Assembly (NCBI GenBank): GCA_002633005.1
Contig: NMRA01000344.1
Location: forward strand, 99,008 to 163,007
DNA length: 64,000 bases
DNA from: Phoronis australis
Taxonomy: Eukaryota > Animalia > Phoronida
Direction of reading: 5' to 3'
Numbering within the stretch: the first letter of the stretch is position 1; every line of letters starts with the position of its first letter. The notes under the pieces were generated by a model that ran no database searches, had not been told where the DNA came from, and saw only the letters and a program-made list of their open reading frames with translations. Positions 25,701-36,560 of this stretch are shown in pieces. The translations under genes were made by a program, and so were the position numbers.

Positions 25701-28578
25701 CCTTTCACTTTATTCGTGTTTGTTCGCAACCACTCGCTTTATCCAGACGTATATTCATTTGATCGTGATAACGTCTGCCAAACGTCGTCCTCAACATAAG
25801 TATTGTCAATGCATGGCCTCCCCTTAAATTCTCCCAGATACCATTTGGCAGTTCGGGGTACGAATTACTGACTAAGCATATGCGCGCACCCAGGGGGCCT
25901 GGGGGGCCGAACGCACAATGCATAGGCCTTGATCAAACCCCGTTTACCGTATTTTTTAAGCAATAAGATCCACAAAACCAAAAATTCGAGATCCCTGCAT
26001 CCCTACATTTTATGGCTGGCTTGTGGCGAAATTCTGGTTGTTCCTGTGCCCTGGCCCCTCCTAATTCAAAATCCTGGATCCACCCTCGTAGATACTACCT
26101 TGTTTGTAACCTTGGTCAAGTTATGGCATCCGGTGTCAAACGGTGTCTTTCGACCAGGTCCCTTCTTAAAATGTCGGAGTCAGCTCTAAGCTCTTGATTC
26201 AACAGTCTTGTGACGGAGCAAAGGAAAAACTTTGGCAAAAGACCGCCGCACTGAATGCAACACGTACTATGACGTTCTCCCTCGAAGTAGCAACAAGGGA
26301 TTCCGGCATGAATTCCTTTCAAAACTCAGTTTCAGACTGCTACTGTCAATATGCGTGAGAATTGCTTTGATGTGACAAGAGCATTGAAGAAACTGAAACG
26401 GAATAAATGCAATTTGTGCAAGAGTAGTGAACACTTTTTCAAACCTTAGTGTCTGACCGTTCCACAACAGCTGTTCCATCAGGCAGATAATACTTTTCGA
26501 CAAAGTTCCGTGTAAGAAGTTTCCTACAACAAAAGACAAAGTAGTGAATCGGTTGCAGGGCTGGGACTCCGACATTTCACTGAAAACCACCTAGGATGTT
26601 TCTAAGCGATTAGCATCATATTTCTTAGGCTAGGAAAGTCTGAAGGATGACATGAAAATATTCAAATACTCGTAACTAAGCTGTTGTGGTATATTTTGCA
26701 CAGGCTTTCTTTTGTAGCTGGTAAAAGGGTGATTCCAGAAAATCTGATTATCCTGGTTATACCTCTTATCGTTATAAAATTTGTCTGCAAACTGATAGAT
26801 CGTTGGGAATGGATTCTTTGATTGTAAATATGTAACGTACGTGCCTAAAGCAATGAAGGATTGTTCTAATACCCCCTCGACCCCACAACCCACGGCCTCC
26901 TCTACCCATCACCCCCTCGCGCCACGACCCCCACTACCCACAATCCGCTTGACCCAGCAGATTGATTATCTTTGCGCTTTTTACGCATTTCATATTACGT
27001 CACTGAAGCCAGAACTTTCCCATGAAACATACCTACACGCGAATCTGCTGTGGCTCAAGTCTGGTGGTTAAAGAAGAAAATGGCGTGAGAACGTGATTTG
27101 AAATAGCGGATTGTGAGCGTGCTATCGTTGTCACGGAAATAGTTCCACGATCGGTTACCAATGGTCCCGTTGTACTGAACTTAGGGAGAGAGTACGCTAA
27201 GGTGAATTTACATAATTTCACATTTTATATTATTTGCGTCCTGTTGTATACTCGTTTACAATATACTCCATGTAAAGTTACGATACGTAGGCCTATTAGT
27301 TAACAGGGGCTAGTGGGTCGAGTGGTGTGGTGGTCGAGGGGGTCTTGGAACAATCCCAATGTGAACGCCTGATAAGTGTAACCAGTGGGTGAACTGATTA
27401 GCGACTTTAATTTTAAAAATGCTCGCATGTGACTTTCCAATTTCTAAGATGCCTAGACTTTTCCACCTCTTCAACAAATTACCAGGCAGCGAAGAGCTCT
27501 TGCTAGCAAGGTTGTTGGCGACGCCAGCCTCCACAGTTGAACCTACACACAGTTGAAATTACAGTAGGATGGATAGTTCTTTGATAAGCCAGCATTCGTC
27601 AGACTCACTGTCTACGACTGCCGGCCACAGACACGGACGGATGTTTCACGGCCTCATACTTGTTACTAACAGCTTACTTTTCATTCTTCACTACCGCGAG
27701 CCACCTCCTAAGCATTTCGGACTCTCGAGGAAGTCGAAAAAAGGATGTACCCGCTTTTCTCGCAGCTGCATAGTTCGGACAAGAGGGAACGATGTACCGC
27801 AACATAGCGGCATTCACTCTGCAAATGAACCACTGACGTCGCTGCGTCGTTTCTCACCTTCCTCACAGGTTAACGCGACACCTCTCGGCAAGGTAAGGTT
27901 GACCGTATGCGAGGCGATGTGGATATAGACCGATTAAGACAGTTATAAAGACTAATCAAATCGGGTGGCATTCTCCTTTTAACTCTATGAAGTAAGCGCA
28001 CAGTGGTGGCAAATGGCTACTAATATCTCGTAGTCATTTTGAGAGCATCCTATTTCACCGACTGACACTTCATACAGAAGAACTTACTGATTGAGCTGGA
28101 GATCGACTATAAGGTTTCGATGAAATGCTTTCAGCTCCACTGACAGGTAAAGTGGGTCACTCTGCAAATATAGTCATAATAAAACAATAGTATATTAAAC
28201 TTGTACGTATATAGCTAACAGTCTTGCATCGGATTTAGCACGAGTAGTAAGGTCCATAAACGGTGCAGCGATCAAAACGATCGATTGTCGAGAATCACTC
28301 TCAGGTTAAGTTAGCAAGTTAGCAGTCTGACAGGTTTACCTCAAATTATCCAAGCCAGCACCACTGCCCCTGTAATATTTATTACTTACCTTATTCACTG
28401 AGCTGAGAGACAACACGTCGATCTGTTTTCCGTCGTGGTAGATTTTTGGCACTGTGACGAAAAAATCGCGGGAAAGGCCCCGAGTAGGCAAATATATTAG
28501 TAGTAGCGCTGTAAATAGACAAAAGAGATGGTCAGTAAATTCCGTCGTTTTGTAATGTGAAACGCACATGTATTGCAT
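3635..28578 (-). CDS. ADAM-family disintegrin/metalloprotease, 13 coding exons, 3'-incomplete, degenerate zinc site
   Basis: Exons 28390-28578, 28088-28161, 26445-26523, 23601-23683, 22285-22453, 21106-21189, 20228-20299, 17191-17360, 15850-15937, 14613-14749, 13138-13402, 3991-4125, 3635-3804. All have GT-AG boundaries and matching phases (1715 nt, no stops). Domains in order: signal peptide, prodomain, RLRR furin site, reprolysin, disintegrin, Cys-rich. Confidence 0.92.
3991..4125 (-). CDS. ADAM exon 12, disintegrin loop
   Basis: ITAGSVCRASKGFCDTPEYCTGETEFCPADLHRPNGTRC; 135 nt, phase 0/0. Confidence 0.92.
8561..12187. mobile_element. Decayed ISL2EU/Harbinger-superfamily DNA transposon in ADAM intron 11
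   Basis: Plus strand 8820-9200: DDE fragment YVSKAFRGRCSDK...SGFLEYL...RGFTID...PAFTKGK...VRIHVERA. Minus strand: SAP-like first exon (~11975-12056) and YqaJ-like fragments (~9660-9750, ~10330). Outer boundaries approximate. Confidence 0.65.
12251..12405 (+). mobile_element. hAT-like MITE family A
   Basis: CATGGGCGG...CCGTCTCTG termini; flanks GAACT/GAACC. Confidence 0.65.
13138..13402 (-). CDS. ADAM exon 11, end of metalloprotease domain and start of disintegrin
   Basis: FSWSDCS...ICLLNVP...CGNGLVEDSEQCDCG...CATGPCCDLDTCS. Confidence 0.95.
13590..13750. repeat. Compound microsatellite (TACA)n(CA)n(TA)n
   Basis: Directly visible. Confidence 0.95.
13858..14105. mobile_element. Harbinger-type MITE
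   Basis: TIR GGGCCTGTTCCAAGAAACTGACTT with inverted copy at the right end; CAG 3-bp TSD on both sides. Confidence 0.75.
14613..14749 (-). CDS. ADAM exon 10, degenerate zinc-binding helix and Met-turn
   Basis: DIAENLELTAKIVAHEIGQKLGFEDDTPACNCSQDKCLMDWEIYY; acceptor tttCAG, donor GTAAGG. Confidence 0.92.
15588..15883. repeat. ~42-bp minisatellite, 7 units, overlapping the ADAM exon 9 donor
   Basis: Unit ~acacttaacgcggtggctcccaccgaatgactgaatacgcaa. Confidence 0.85.
15850..15937 (-). CDS. ADAM exon 9
   Basis: RKMFTFLTSKLNSYFGTICVPTHSVEVTK resembles reprolysin AYVGTICS; 88 nt fits phases 2/0. Confidence 0.85.
16019..16714. mobile_element. MULE-type MITE
   Basis: TIR GGATTGTTTTAAAACC...; 9-bp flanks GCTGAAAAC/ACTGAAAAC; relatives at 26858-27356 and ~22497. 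Confidence 0.75.
17191..17360 (-). CDS. ADAM exon 8, reprolysin domain
   Basis: AFSNLRVFIALTGVEIWSAGDRI...KSDTTVLLT. Confidence 0.92.
20228..20299 (-). CDS. ADAM exon 7
   Basis: YKNMGSNRHDVTQRLLEISNLVGG; 72 nt, GT-AG. Confidence 0.88.
21106..21189 (-). CDS. ADAM exon 6, start of metalloprotease domain
   Basis: LRRSVKEPANPKGKNRYVELFLIADNTM; YVEL...D motif. Confidence 0.92.
22285..22453 (-). CDS. ADAM exon 5, prodomain
   Basis: GMINSADTFFLEPSHLSKGEHYVYR...EVNDR. Confidence 0.9.
23601..23683 (-). CDS. ADAM exon 4, prodomain
   Basis: SLHNCYYQGRVRNEPNSSVALSTCLGL, a canonical ADAM prodomain motif. Confidence 0.93.
24000..25506 (-). mobile_element. 5'-truncated LINE (CR1/L2/Jockey-group) RT C-terminus with frameshifts
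   Basis: PQGSVLGPLLF, YINDLP, YADD (25409-20), LQTDLNKLYDWSYKWKMKF, HKHLGLLLD, C-terminal HxFxxC. Confidence 0.9.
25812..26086 (-). mobile_element. hAT-like MITE family A
   Basis: Reverse complement of the 2160-2424 / 45919-46095 family; ends AAAATCCTGGATCCACCC. Confidence 0.7.
26445..26523 (-). CDS. ADAM exon 3, prodomain
   Basis: KLLTRNFVEKYYLPDGTAVVERSDTK; 79 nt, phases 2/0. Confidence 0.88.
26858..27356. mobile_element. MULE-type MITE, same family as 16019-16714
   Basis: GGATTGTTCTAA...TTGGAACAATCC TIRs with CCTCGACC subrepeats. Confidence 0.7.
27785..27978 (-). mobile_element. Fragment of the Kolobok-like family at 57828-58456
   Basis: ~190-bp inverted match ending GGTGGCATTCTCCT next to TTAA. 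Confidence 0.75.
28088..28161 (-). CDS. ADAM exon 2, prodomain
   Basis: SDPLYLSVELKAFHRNLIVDLQLN; 74 nt, phases 0/2. Confidence 0.88.
28390..28578 (-). CDS. ADAM first coding exon with signal peptide
   Basis: Hydrophobic HLFCLFTALLLIYLPTRG, then FFVTVPKIY; donor GTAAGT. Start ATG is 28578 or 28569 (uncertain). Confidence 0.75.
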
Positions 28579-28941
28579 TACTGTCAAGTAATATATTATG
28601 TATAGGTTTATGCGTGAAAAGATCAATTTGTCCTGATTAGTTTTTGCCTATAAACCGTGAAACAGGCTGGCTATTTCCAACAGACTGACCATGATAAAAT
28701 TGATCGTGCGCTGTCTGGGCGAAACAGAGATCACCATTAGTTGACGTGAAGTATCCCAGGTGATGGATAATGGAAATTATATATCACCGTATGCAAGGTT
28801 TGAGGTATAATACTCTGTTTATAGTATGCTCCAATATCATGCTAAGACAGCCGACGTGAAGGATATGCCTGTATCACTAGCGTTTACACTACAACCGATG
28901 TGATGAATTACCCTCAATACATTTCAAAACATCACAATAGA

Positions 28942-31043
28942 TGTTTGCGTGCGCCCATATTTATATATGGCAGCATTACGCCGTCATTTCTGTACATTCG
29001 TCCGTCGGGTGCTCTATCTTCAAAACTCTTGGATGTATGTTCTTGCAATTTTGCACATGTGGTCCTTTTATAAATGGGACGACATGAGCGAATTTTCAAA
29101 AGGATCCGACTAACGGCGTGCCCCCTAGTGGCATTTTTACGTTTACCTCTGCATCTTTAAAGGTCCTCAACGGATTTTCATAAAATTTGCTAAAAGTTCC
29201 TATTAGTAAGATGACACTACCTAGTGGCCATTTTTTTTTGTTGTTTCGAGTCTGATTTTGGCGTCCGCCCCTCAACCAAACCACTTCAATGATGATTGTG
29301 CGAATTAGCATACATGTTCCTACTGTGAAGAGGGCGTCCGGATGACGAATGATTTTCCGGCGACTTAGACTTCCGTGGCGCCTCCTAGTGGTAGTTTTGT
29401 GCCCGTAGCTGTATCTACTACATTGCAGGATCATGGCAAGTATATTGATATGAAGCTGACAACGGACGAATCCGTTTCTCCCTTTTTCTTTGAAGCTCCT
29501 TGACGGATTTTTGTGAAATTTGCCAAATAGCTTTCAATTACAAATTCTGTTTTCTGATGGATTCGACGTATTTTGCGCGATCTAGTAGCTATTTCACTGT
29601 TCTTAGTCTGTTGTTGGCGTCCACCCCTCTATCAACCAAACCATGATTTTCAAAATTGGCGTTTATGTTTGTATTGTGTGGAATGGACGACTAATGCGGA
29701 TTTTTGGACTCAGGCTACTGTGGCGCTAACAAATAACGCTTTTTTCGTCTATGGCTGTATCTCTCAAACCCTCTGCAGAATCTCTGGTAAGTGTATTCAT
29801 ATGAAATTGACAGCGGACAACGGCGACATTTGGACGTATCTGACTGCCACTGTGCCCTACCTTGTGACATTTTTACTTTTTTCGTTGTTCTCTTTATCTT
29901 TCAAATTTAATAAAAGCGTTTCTATTACCGGTAAGGAGACGACGACGACTGCTGATTTTCGGACGAATTTGTTCCTTGAGAGATGGCAACAGATGACGGC
30001 AAGTTTCATACCAACCCAACAACAGCTGTGCTTTCAAGAGTCAATTTTATTTTTCTCTGTAATTTTACAGTTTCTAGATGCTTTTTCATGGGATTGGTTT
30101 GGCAAAAAATCCGTTATAAAAACAACAGCACCTTTCCTTTTCGTGACGTATTCGACGTATTGTACACCAACTAGTGACCATTATGTTTTTTGTCGTCTGA
30201 TTCTGTATCTGCCAGACTGTGCAGATGCCCGTTATGAAATTTTCCAGATGTGTTCTTGCTGACAAGAGGATAACTGACGTGGATTTTCAAACGGGTCCAA
30301 TTACTGCAGCGTTCCCTAGTGACATGCTTTCCCATCTACGCGTGTACCTCCTGAACCCCTTGAAAGATGTTTTTTTTGAAATTTGGAAAGCTTATTACTA
30401 CCGAGATTTTTCGTAGATAAGCCCATGGACGTGTATTAGGAAAATGAAAATGTTCAGGTGTTTTAGTAACACCAAATAAACGCCCAGGTGTTTATTCGGA
30501 AAAGGGATGGCGTGTAAACGGAAAGTCATAGTTTTGCTGACTTTTGACATTTTCACTTAAAGCTGTGTTTTTAAATTTCATGTTAATGGTAGTTCGCCAA
30601 TACCGTGTTGGTTTATTAGAATGATAAATGCCCCACAAAACTGAACTCGTGATGATAAATGACGCTGATTGGCTTTTAAGAGAAAATTTTCCAAATAAAC
30701 CCCACTATCTGGATACTTAACATCATCAGTTAGAACACCAAATAAACGCCCACAAGCGTTTCATCGGGTGGGCTTATTGGCGGTAAATCCCTTTATTAAC
30801 TTGAAAGTAGATGGACGGATTCGACTGCCACTGTGTTCCTAGTGACATTTATTACGTTTGCCTTTGTTTCGTGTCAGCTTTTGGATTTTCATGAAATTTG
30901 CCAAATAGTTTGAGGGAAGACACCTTCTCTATTTTGGATGGGTTCAATGTATTCTGTGCAATCTAATTGCCATTTTACGATACAAATATGCATCCCTCGA
31001 AGCACGCCGTGGGCGCATTTCAAAGCTCCGCGTTGCTATTGTT
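28942..31043 (-). mobile_element. Helitron/Helentron-like non-autonomous element with internal subrepeats
   Basis: Termini match 39705-41083 in reverse orientation (AACAATAGCAACGCGGAGCTTTGAAATGCGCCCACG); recurrent CCACTAG motifs. Confidence 0.6.
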
Positions 31044-31079
31044 CTCTATCAGAAAACAAATTTCAGCAGTATACAGAGT

Positions 31080-31740
31080 TTTTGTGAAAGCCATTGTATC
31101 CTAAAGTGCAGGCAGTCAGCTCCCATGTGATGGCCATCGTCAAAATACAGCTAGACACCACAGTATGTTCATAGCCGACCGACCTCGAAATTGCACACAA
31201 CCCGGTTAGTTCTCCTCGTCACCTTGCCGTGAAATTCGTACCAAAGTTTGGATCTAAAGTCCTGCGGGGTACATGAAAAACCTGGGAGTCAATCGACACT
31301 CACCTTGCCCGTTGCAGCTGTTTAAGTCAAAATATAACGGTAGAACGTCAATTTTTTCAACACCGGTAAATAATTTACTTTACTCAAGGAAAAGTATAGT
31401 TTTTAATGACACTAATTTTGTGTCAGATTTAATCTTGTCATGTTTTTTAACCACATCGGCCCAAAGCTGTATATTTAGTATGCAACTTTGCACCCAAGCT
31501 AACCTGAATTGATATGCATCCTGACGAATGTACTTGTACCAAACAGCACCAATGGTCTAATTAACATTTAAGGTTTTTAATTTTCATAAATGCCTTAACA
31601 AATTATTCACAGAAACTGAGTTGGGATCAACATTCTAAACCTTCGACATAACTATTTGCCAGCAAAAGCTGCCCAATATCTTCACTTAGTCATGTTGTGG
31701 CTACGATATTGTTCTTCGCCATGGCGTTTGCCTACTCCCT

Positions 31741-31772
<32 letters not shown>

Positions 31773-34700
31773 NNNNNNNNNNNNNNNNNNNNNNNNNNNN
31801 NNNNNNNNNNNNNNNNNNNNNNNNNNNNNNNNNNNNNNNNNNNNNNNNNNNNNNNNNNNNNNNNNNNNNNNNNNNNNNNNNNNNNNNNNNNNNNNNNNNN
31901 NNNNNNNNNNNNNNNNNNNNNNNNNNNNNNNNNNNNNNNNNNNNNNNNNNNNNNNNNNNNNNNNNNNNNNNNNNNNNNNNNNNNNNNNNNNNNNNNNNNN
32001 NNNNNNNNNNNNNNNNNNNNNNNNNNNNNNNNNNNNNNNNNNNNNNNNNNNNNNNNNNNNNNNNNNNNNNNNNNNNNNNNNNNNNNNNNNNNNNNNNNNN
32101 NNNNNNNNNNNNNNNNNNNNNNNNNNNNNNNNNNNNNNNNNNNNNNNNNNNNNNNNNNNNNNNNNNNNNNNNNNNNNNNNNNNNNNNNNNNNNNNNNNNN
32201 NNNNNNNNNNNNNNGCGTGTGTGTGTGTGCGTGTGTTAATGTACTTTGAATCCATTGGGATTACCTTCATACTGAGTCTCACATATCAAAACTGCAAGCA
32301 TGTTATTTTGGCGTTGATGAGAGTGAATGTACTTGAAGGAAAAGGTGGAAAATAAAAGAAAAGTAGTTAACTGAGGGAAATGTGAAATTTAGATCTATAT
32401 TTTTAATCGTCCCTTACTTGCGGTTCATTGACAATGCATAGGCTGCTTTTTCGGATTGGTATGCTCATAGCATTTAAGCGACGAATTTAACGATTCCGTC
32501 ACATTTTAGGCCTTTGTTGGGCCGTAACCCGTCTTTCCACCATCCAAGTGAGCATGTTAAGGGGGTCACTCAGTGTTGGGAAACAAAAATAAGAGACGGT
32601 CCAGAATGACCGTGTGCTTTCATATTATATAAATAAGCATTTTGTGAAATTCTTAATGATCGTATGACGAACTAAACAGTAATCGTATCAACAGAATTAC
32701 GAGTTATAAACGAACTGGAGGCTCGTTTCAGGCAGGTTTAAGCTTGAAGTTTGCCGGTAAGTCGCTGACTGAACCGCTTGTGTAAGTGATGTTACACCTG
32801 GAATTGGCTAGAGTTAAAGTAGCCAGCCAGCTAGCTGTATGAAGAGTGTCGTCAAAATACAGCTAGGTACCACTGTGTGTTTTCTTCCATAGACCCCTAA
32901 ATTGCATACAGCCAGGTAGCCAGCCAGGTAGCCAGCCAGCCAGCTGTATGAATACTGTTGTAAAATAAGCCAGGTATTACTTCGTGTACATGTATTTCTT
33001 CCGTAGACCCCGAAATTCCACACAGACATGGTAGTTTTGCTCGTCGCCATTTTTTCCAACACCTTTAAATAATTTAGTTTACTCAAAGAAGACACTGATT
33101 TTGTGTCAGATTTTATCTTACCACATTTTACCCACTCCATTGCAAAGTTGTATATTTAGTATACAGCTTTGTACCAAGGCTAGGTGCCACTTAGCCAGCC
33201 AGTTAGCTGTATGAAGACAATCGTCAAAATACAGCTAGTTCCCACTGCGTGTATTTCTTCCGTAGACCCCGAAATTGCACGCAGCCAGTGTAGTTCTGCT
33301 CGTCACCGCGCCGTGAAACTTGTATCAACATCTAAAGCTAAAGACCGGGCGGTGTGCATGCAAAATCTGGGAGTCAACCGACACTCACCTTGCCCGTTAC
33401 AGCCGTTTTTAAGTGAAAAACAATGCAATATACGTCATTTTCTTGCGTAACTCTCTGTCTTTTCTAACAATGATAAGTATTTCGTCGTTTCGAAAACAGT
33501 ACGCTCGTGTCACACGCACGCGCCATTTCCGAAATTTTTGCGACATCTCTCGGGAGATGATTTTAGCTTGGCAGCAACAAAATTTCTTCTGAAATTCGAT
33601 TTTTCGGTACCAAAATTCTAAAAACTTTTAATGAAGTGAAACCTGTTCTGATAATTTGTTGTGACGTGTACGCAACCTTGTGGAAGAACAAAAGTTGATT
33701 GAAGAATCGCCGAAAAAAGAAACTGGCCAATAGGTGACGAAAATTTTCATGGCGCCGAAAGCCGACACTAAAGATCGCTCCACAACTTTAGCAGCTGAAT
33801 AACGGTAGAACGCCATTTTTGCCAACACCGTTAAATAATTTAATTTACTCAAGGAAGGCTGTAGTTTTTAATGACACTAATTTTGTGTCAGATTTTATCT
33901 TACCACTTTTTTACCCGTATCGGTGCAAAGCTGTATATTTATATACAGCTTTGTACCAAGGCTAGGTGCCACTGTGTGTATTTCTTCCGTAGACCCCGAA
34001 ATTGCACACAGCCCGGGTAGTTTTGGTTGTCACCTCGCCATAAAATTTGTATCAACATGTAAACGTAAAGATCGGACGGGGTGCATGCAAAATCTGGGAA
34101 TCAACCGACCCTCAACTTGTCCGTTACAGCCGTTTAAGTGGAAAAAATGCAATAAACGTCATTATCGTGCGTAACTCTTCGCCTTTTCTAACAATGAAAA
34201 GTATGTCGTCGTTTTTAAAACAGTACGCTCGTGTCACGCGCACGCGCCATTTCCGAAATTTTTGCGACATCTCTCGGGTGATAGCTTAGCAGCAGCAAAA
34301 TTTCTTCTGGAATTCGTTTTTTCGGTATCAAAATTCTAAAAACTTATAATGAAGTGAAACCAGTTCGGATAATTTGTTGTGACATGTATGCAACCTCGTG
34401 AAAGAACAACAGCTCATTGAAGAATCGGCGAAAAAACAAACTGACCAATAGGCGAGGCAATATTTCTTGGCGCCGAAAGCAGTCGCTAAAGATCGCTCCA
34501 CAACTTTAGCAGGAGAATAACGATAGAACGCCAGTTTTTCCAATACCGTTGAATAATTTAGTTTACTCAAGGAAGACTGTAGTTTTGAATGACACTAATT
34601 TTGTGTCAGATTTTATCTTACCACTTTTTACCCACATCGGTGCAAAGTTGTATATTTATATACAGCTTCAGTGGCGGATTTAGAGGGGGACCAAGAGGGC

Positions 34701-36560
34701 CATGGCCCCCCAAAATTCTTCATTTGGCAGTTCGGGGTTGCGAATATCTGAGNCCCCCAACTCAAAATCCTGGATCCACCCCTGAGCTTTGTACCAAGGC
34801 TAGAATTAAAGTTGCGTTAAAACACCACTAATTTCACGGGTACATCAAATGATTTAGGGAGAGATTTGTCCGAGACTTGCAGTGAACGCGAGCTTTTGGA
34901 ACCCACAAAGTGATGTGAAAGGGAAAACTAGACATTGCATTTACTGTTTGGTTGGTTGTCCACTTTACTTTCCTCAAGGTCGTAAGACAACGTACCCAAG
35001 AATAGCATAAAAAATCGCCACTGTACTCGGAATTAGTACTGATGAATGTAGCTGTACCAAGGTTTAATTAAAATATAAAGTTGGAATGTATGTTTTTCAA
35101 GAAAACCTAACTGAATTCTTTACAGAAACTTTGTGGGATCGACATTCTAAAACCTTGAATACAACTTTTACCTGAAAAAGCTGAATGCCTCCACTGCGTC
35201 ATTTTGTGGCCAGTACGATATTGCTCTTCGCGATGGCGTTTGCCTACTGTGCATGTAAAAACGTGAATGTACTTTAAGTAGCAAATCCATTAGGTTTACC
35301 ATAGAAGCGAGTCTCGCGTATCGAAACTGCACGCACGTTACGTTGGCATTGATGTACTTTAAGAAAAAAATGCAAAACAAAAAAGTACTTTGTTCTGAGG
35401 TAAAATACTTGTGAAATTTTATTCCGTTTCCAGCGGTTCCTTGCCTTTTCAGATTGGTATATGTATCTCATTTAACCGGTTTGTTGCATCAGCGAATTTT
35501 ACGATTTCGTCATAATTTACATAGGTCGTGGGCCGTAACCCGCCTTTCCATCCTGTGACCATTAAAAGGGGTTCAATCACTATTGAATAACAAGAATAAT
35601 ATACGGTCTACAATGGCCGTGTGTGTTTATATTCGATAAATAAGGATTTTGTGAAGTTCTTAATGGTTGCCAGACGAGGTACAAAACAATCATATAACCA
35701 GAATTGTGAGTTCTAACGGACTGGCAGCTCCTTTCAGGCACGTTTAAGCTTCAAAGGTCGATTTAAAATATAAAGTTGTATATTTCAATGAGTTCCTAAC
35801 TAAATTCTTCACAGAAACTGTGTGGGATCGACATTCTAAAACCTAGAATATGACTATTTACCTGCAAAAGCTACCCAATACCTCCACTGCGTCATTCTGT
35901 GGCCACAGTATTGTTCTTTGCGACGGCGTTTGAGTACTCAAGTGTGTGCGCGTGAAATACGTGAATGTACTTTTAACCAGCAAATCCAATGAGAATCCTT
36001 TATTAGTGAGTCTCGCGTTTCAAAACTTCAAGCACGTTATGTTGGCATGGATGTACTTTAAGGAAATGGTGCAAAATAAAAGTGCTTTGTTCACTTATTG
36101 ATAAGGCATAGGTTCCCTTTTCAGATTGGTATGTTTCGCATTTAACCGCTTACTCAATCGGCGGATTTGATGATTTCGTCACATTTTACATAGGCCTTAG
36201 GCCGTAACCCGTCTTTCCATCATCAGTGTTGGATAAGAAGAATAAGATACGGTCCAAAATGGTCGTGTGTCTCAATCGTATAAACAAAATTGCGAATTAT
36301 AACGGATTGGAGACTCCTTTTGGCAGGTTTAAGCTTCAAGTTTGCCGCTAGTCGGTGACTGCACCGCTTAGATTGTTCACCTGAAATCACAAGGAGTTCA
36401 AGTTGCTTTAAACATAACACTAATTTCACGGGTATATAAAAGTATATAGAGAGGGTCGAGTTCGAGACTTGCAGTGAACGTCGGTGAGTTTTTCGAACCG
36501 ACTAAGTGATGTGAAAGGGAGAAAATAACGTTGTGTTTATTGTTTGTTTCATTGTTTACT
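31080..36560. repeat. Composite tandem block of two units (~725 bp and ~700 bp) with a (GT)n-flanked gap at 31773-32214
   Basis: Unit A at 33240-33960 and 33960-34800, partial at 31130 and 32830. Unit B at 31600, 35070 and 35760. Confidence 0.8.
34669..34784 (-). mobile_element. hAT-like MITE family A with perfect 5-bp TSD
   Basis: AGCTT[CAGTGGCGG...CCACCCCTG]AGCTT; the empty site TACAGCTTTGTACC is seen in the adjacent tandem unit (~33944). Confidence 0.85.

Noticed and set aside
29573-30262. 229-aa ORF
   Set aside because: Lies inside a subrepeat-rich non-autonomous element; no domain, and TTG start.
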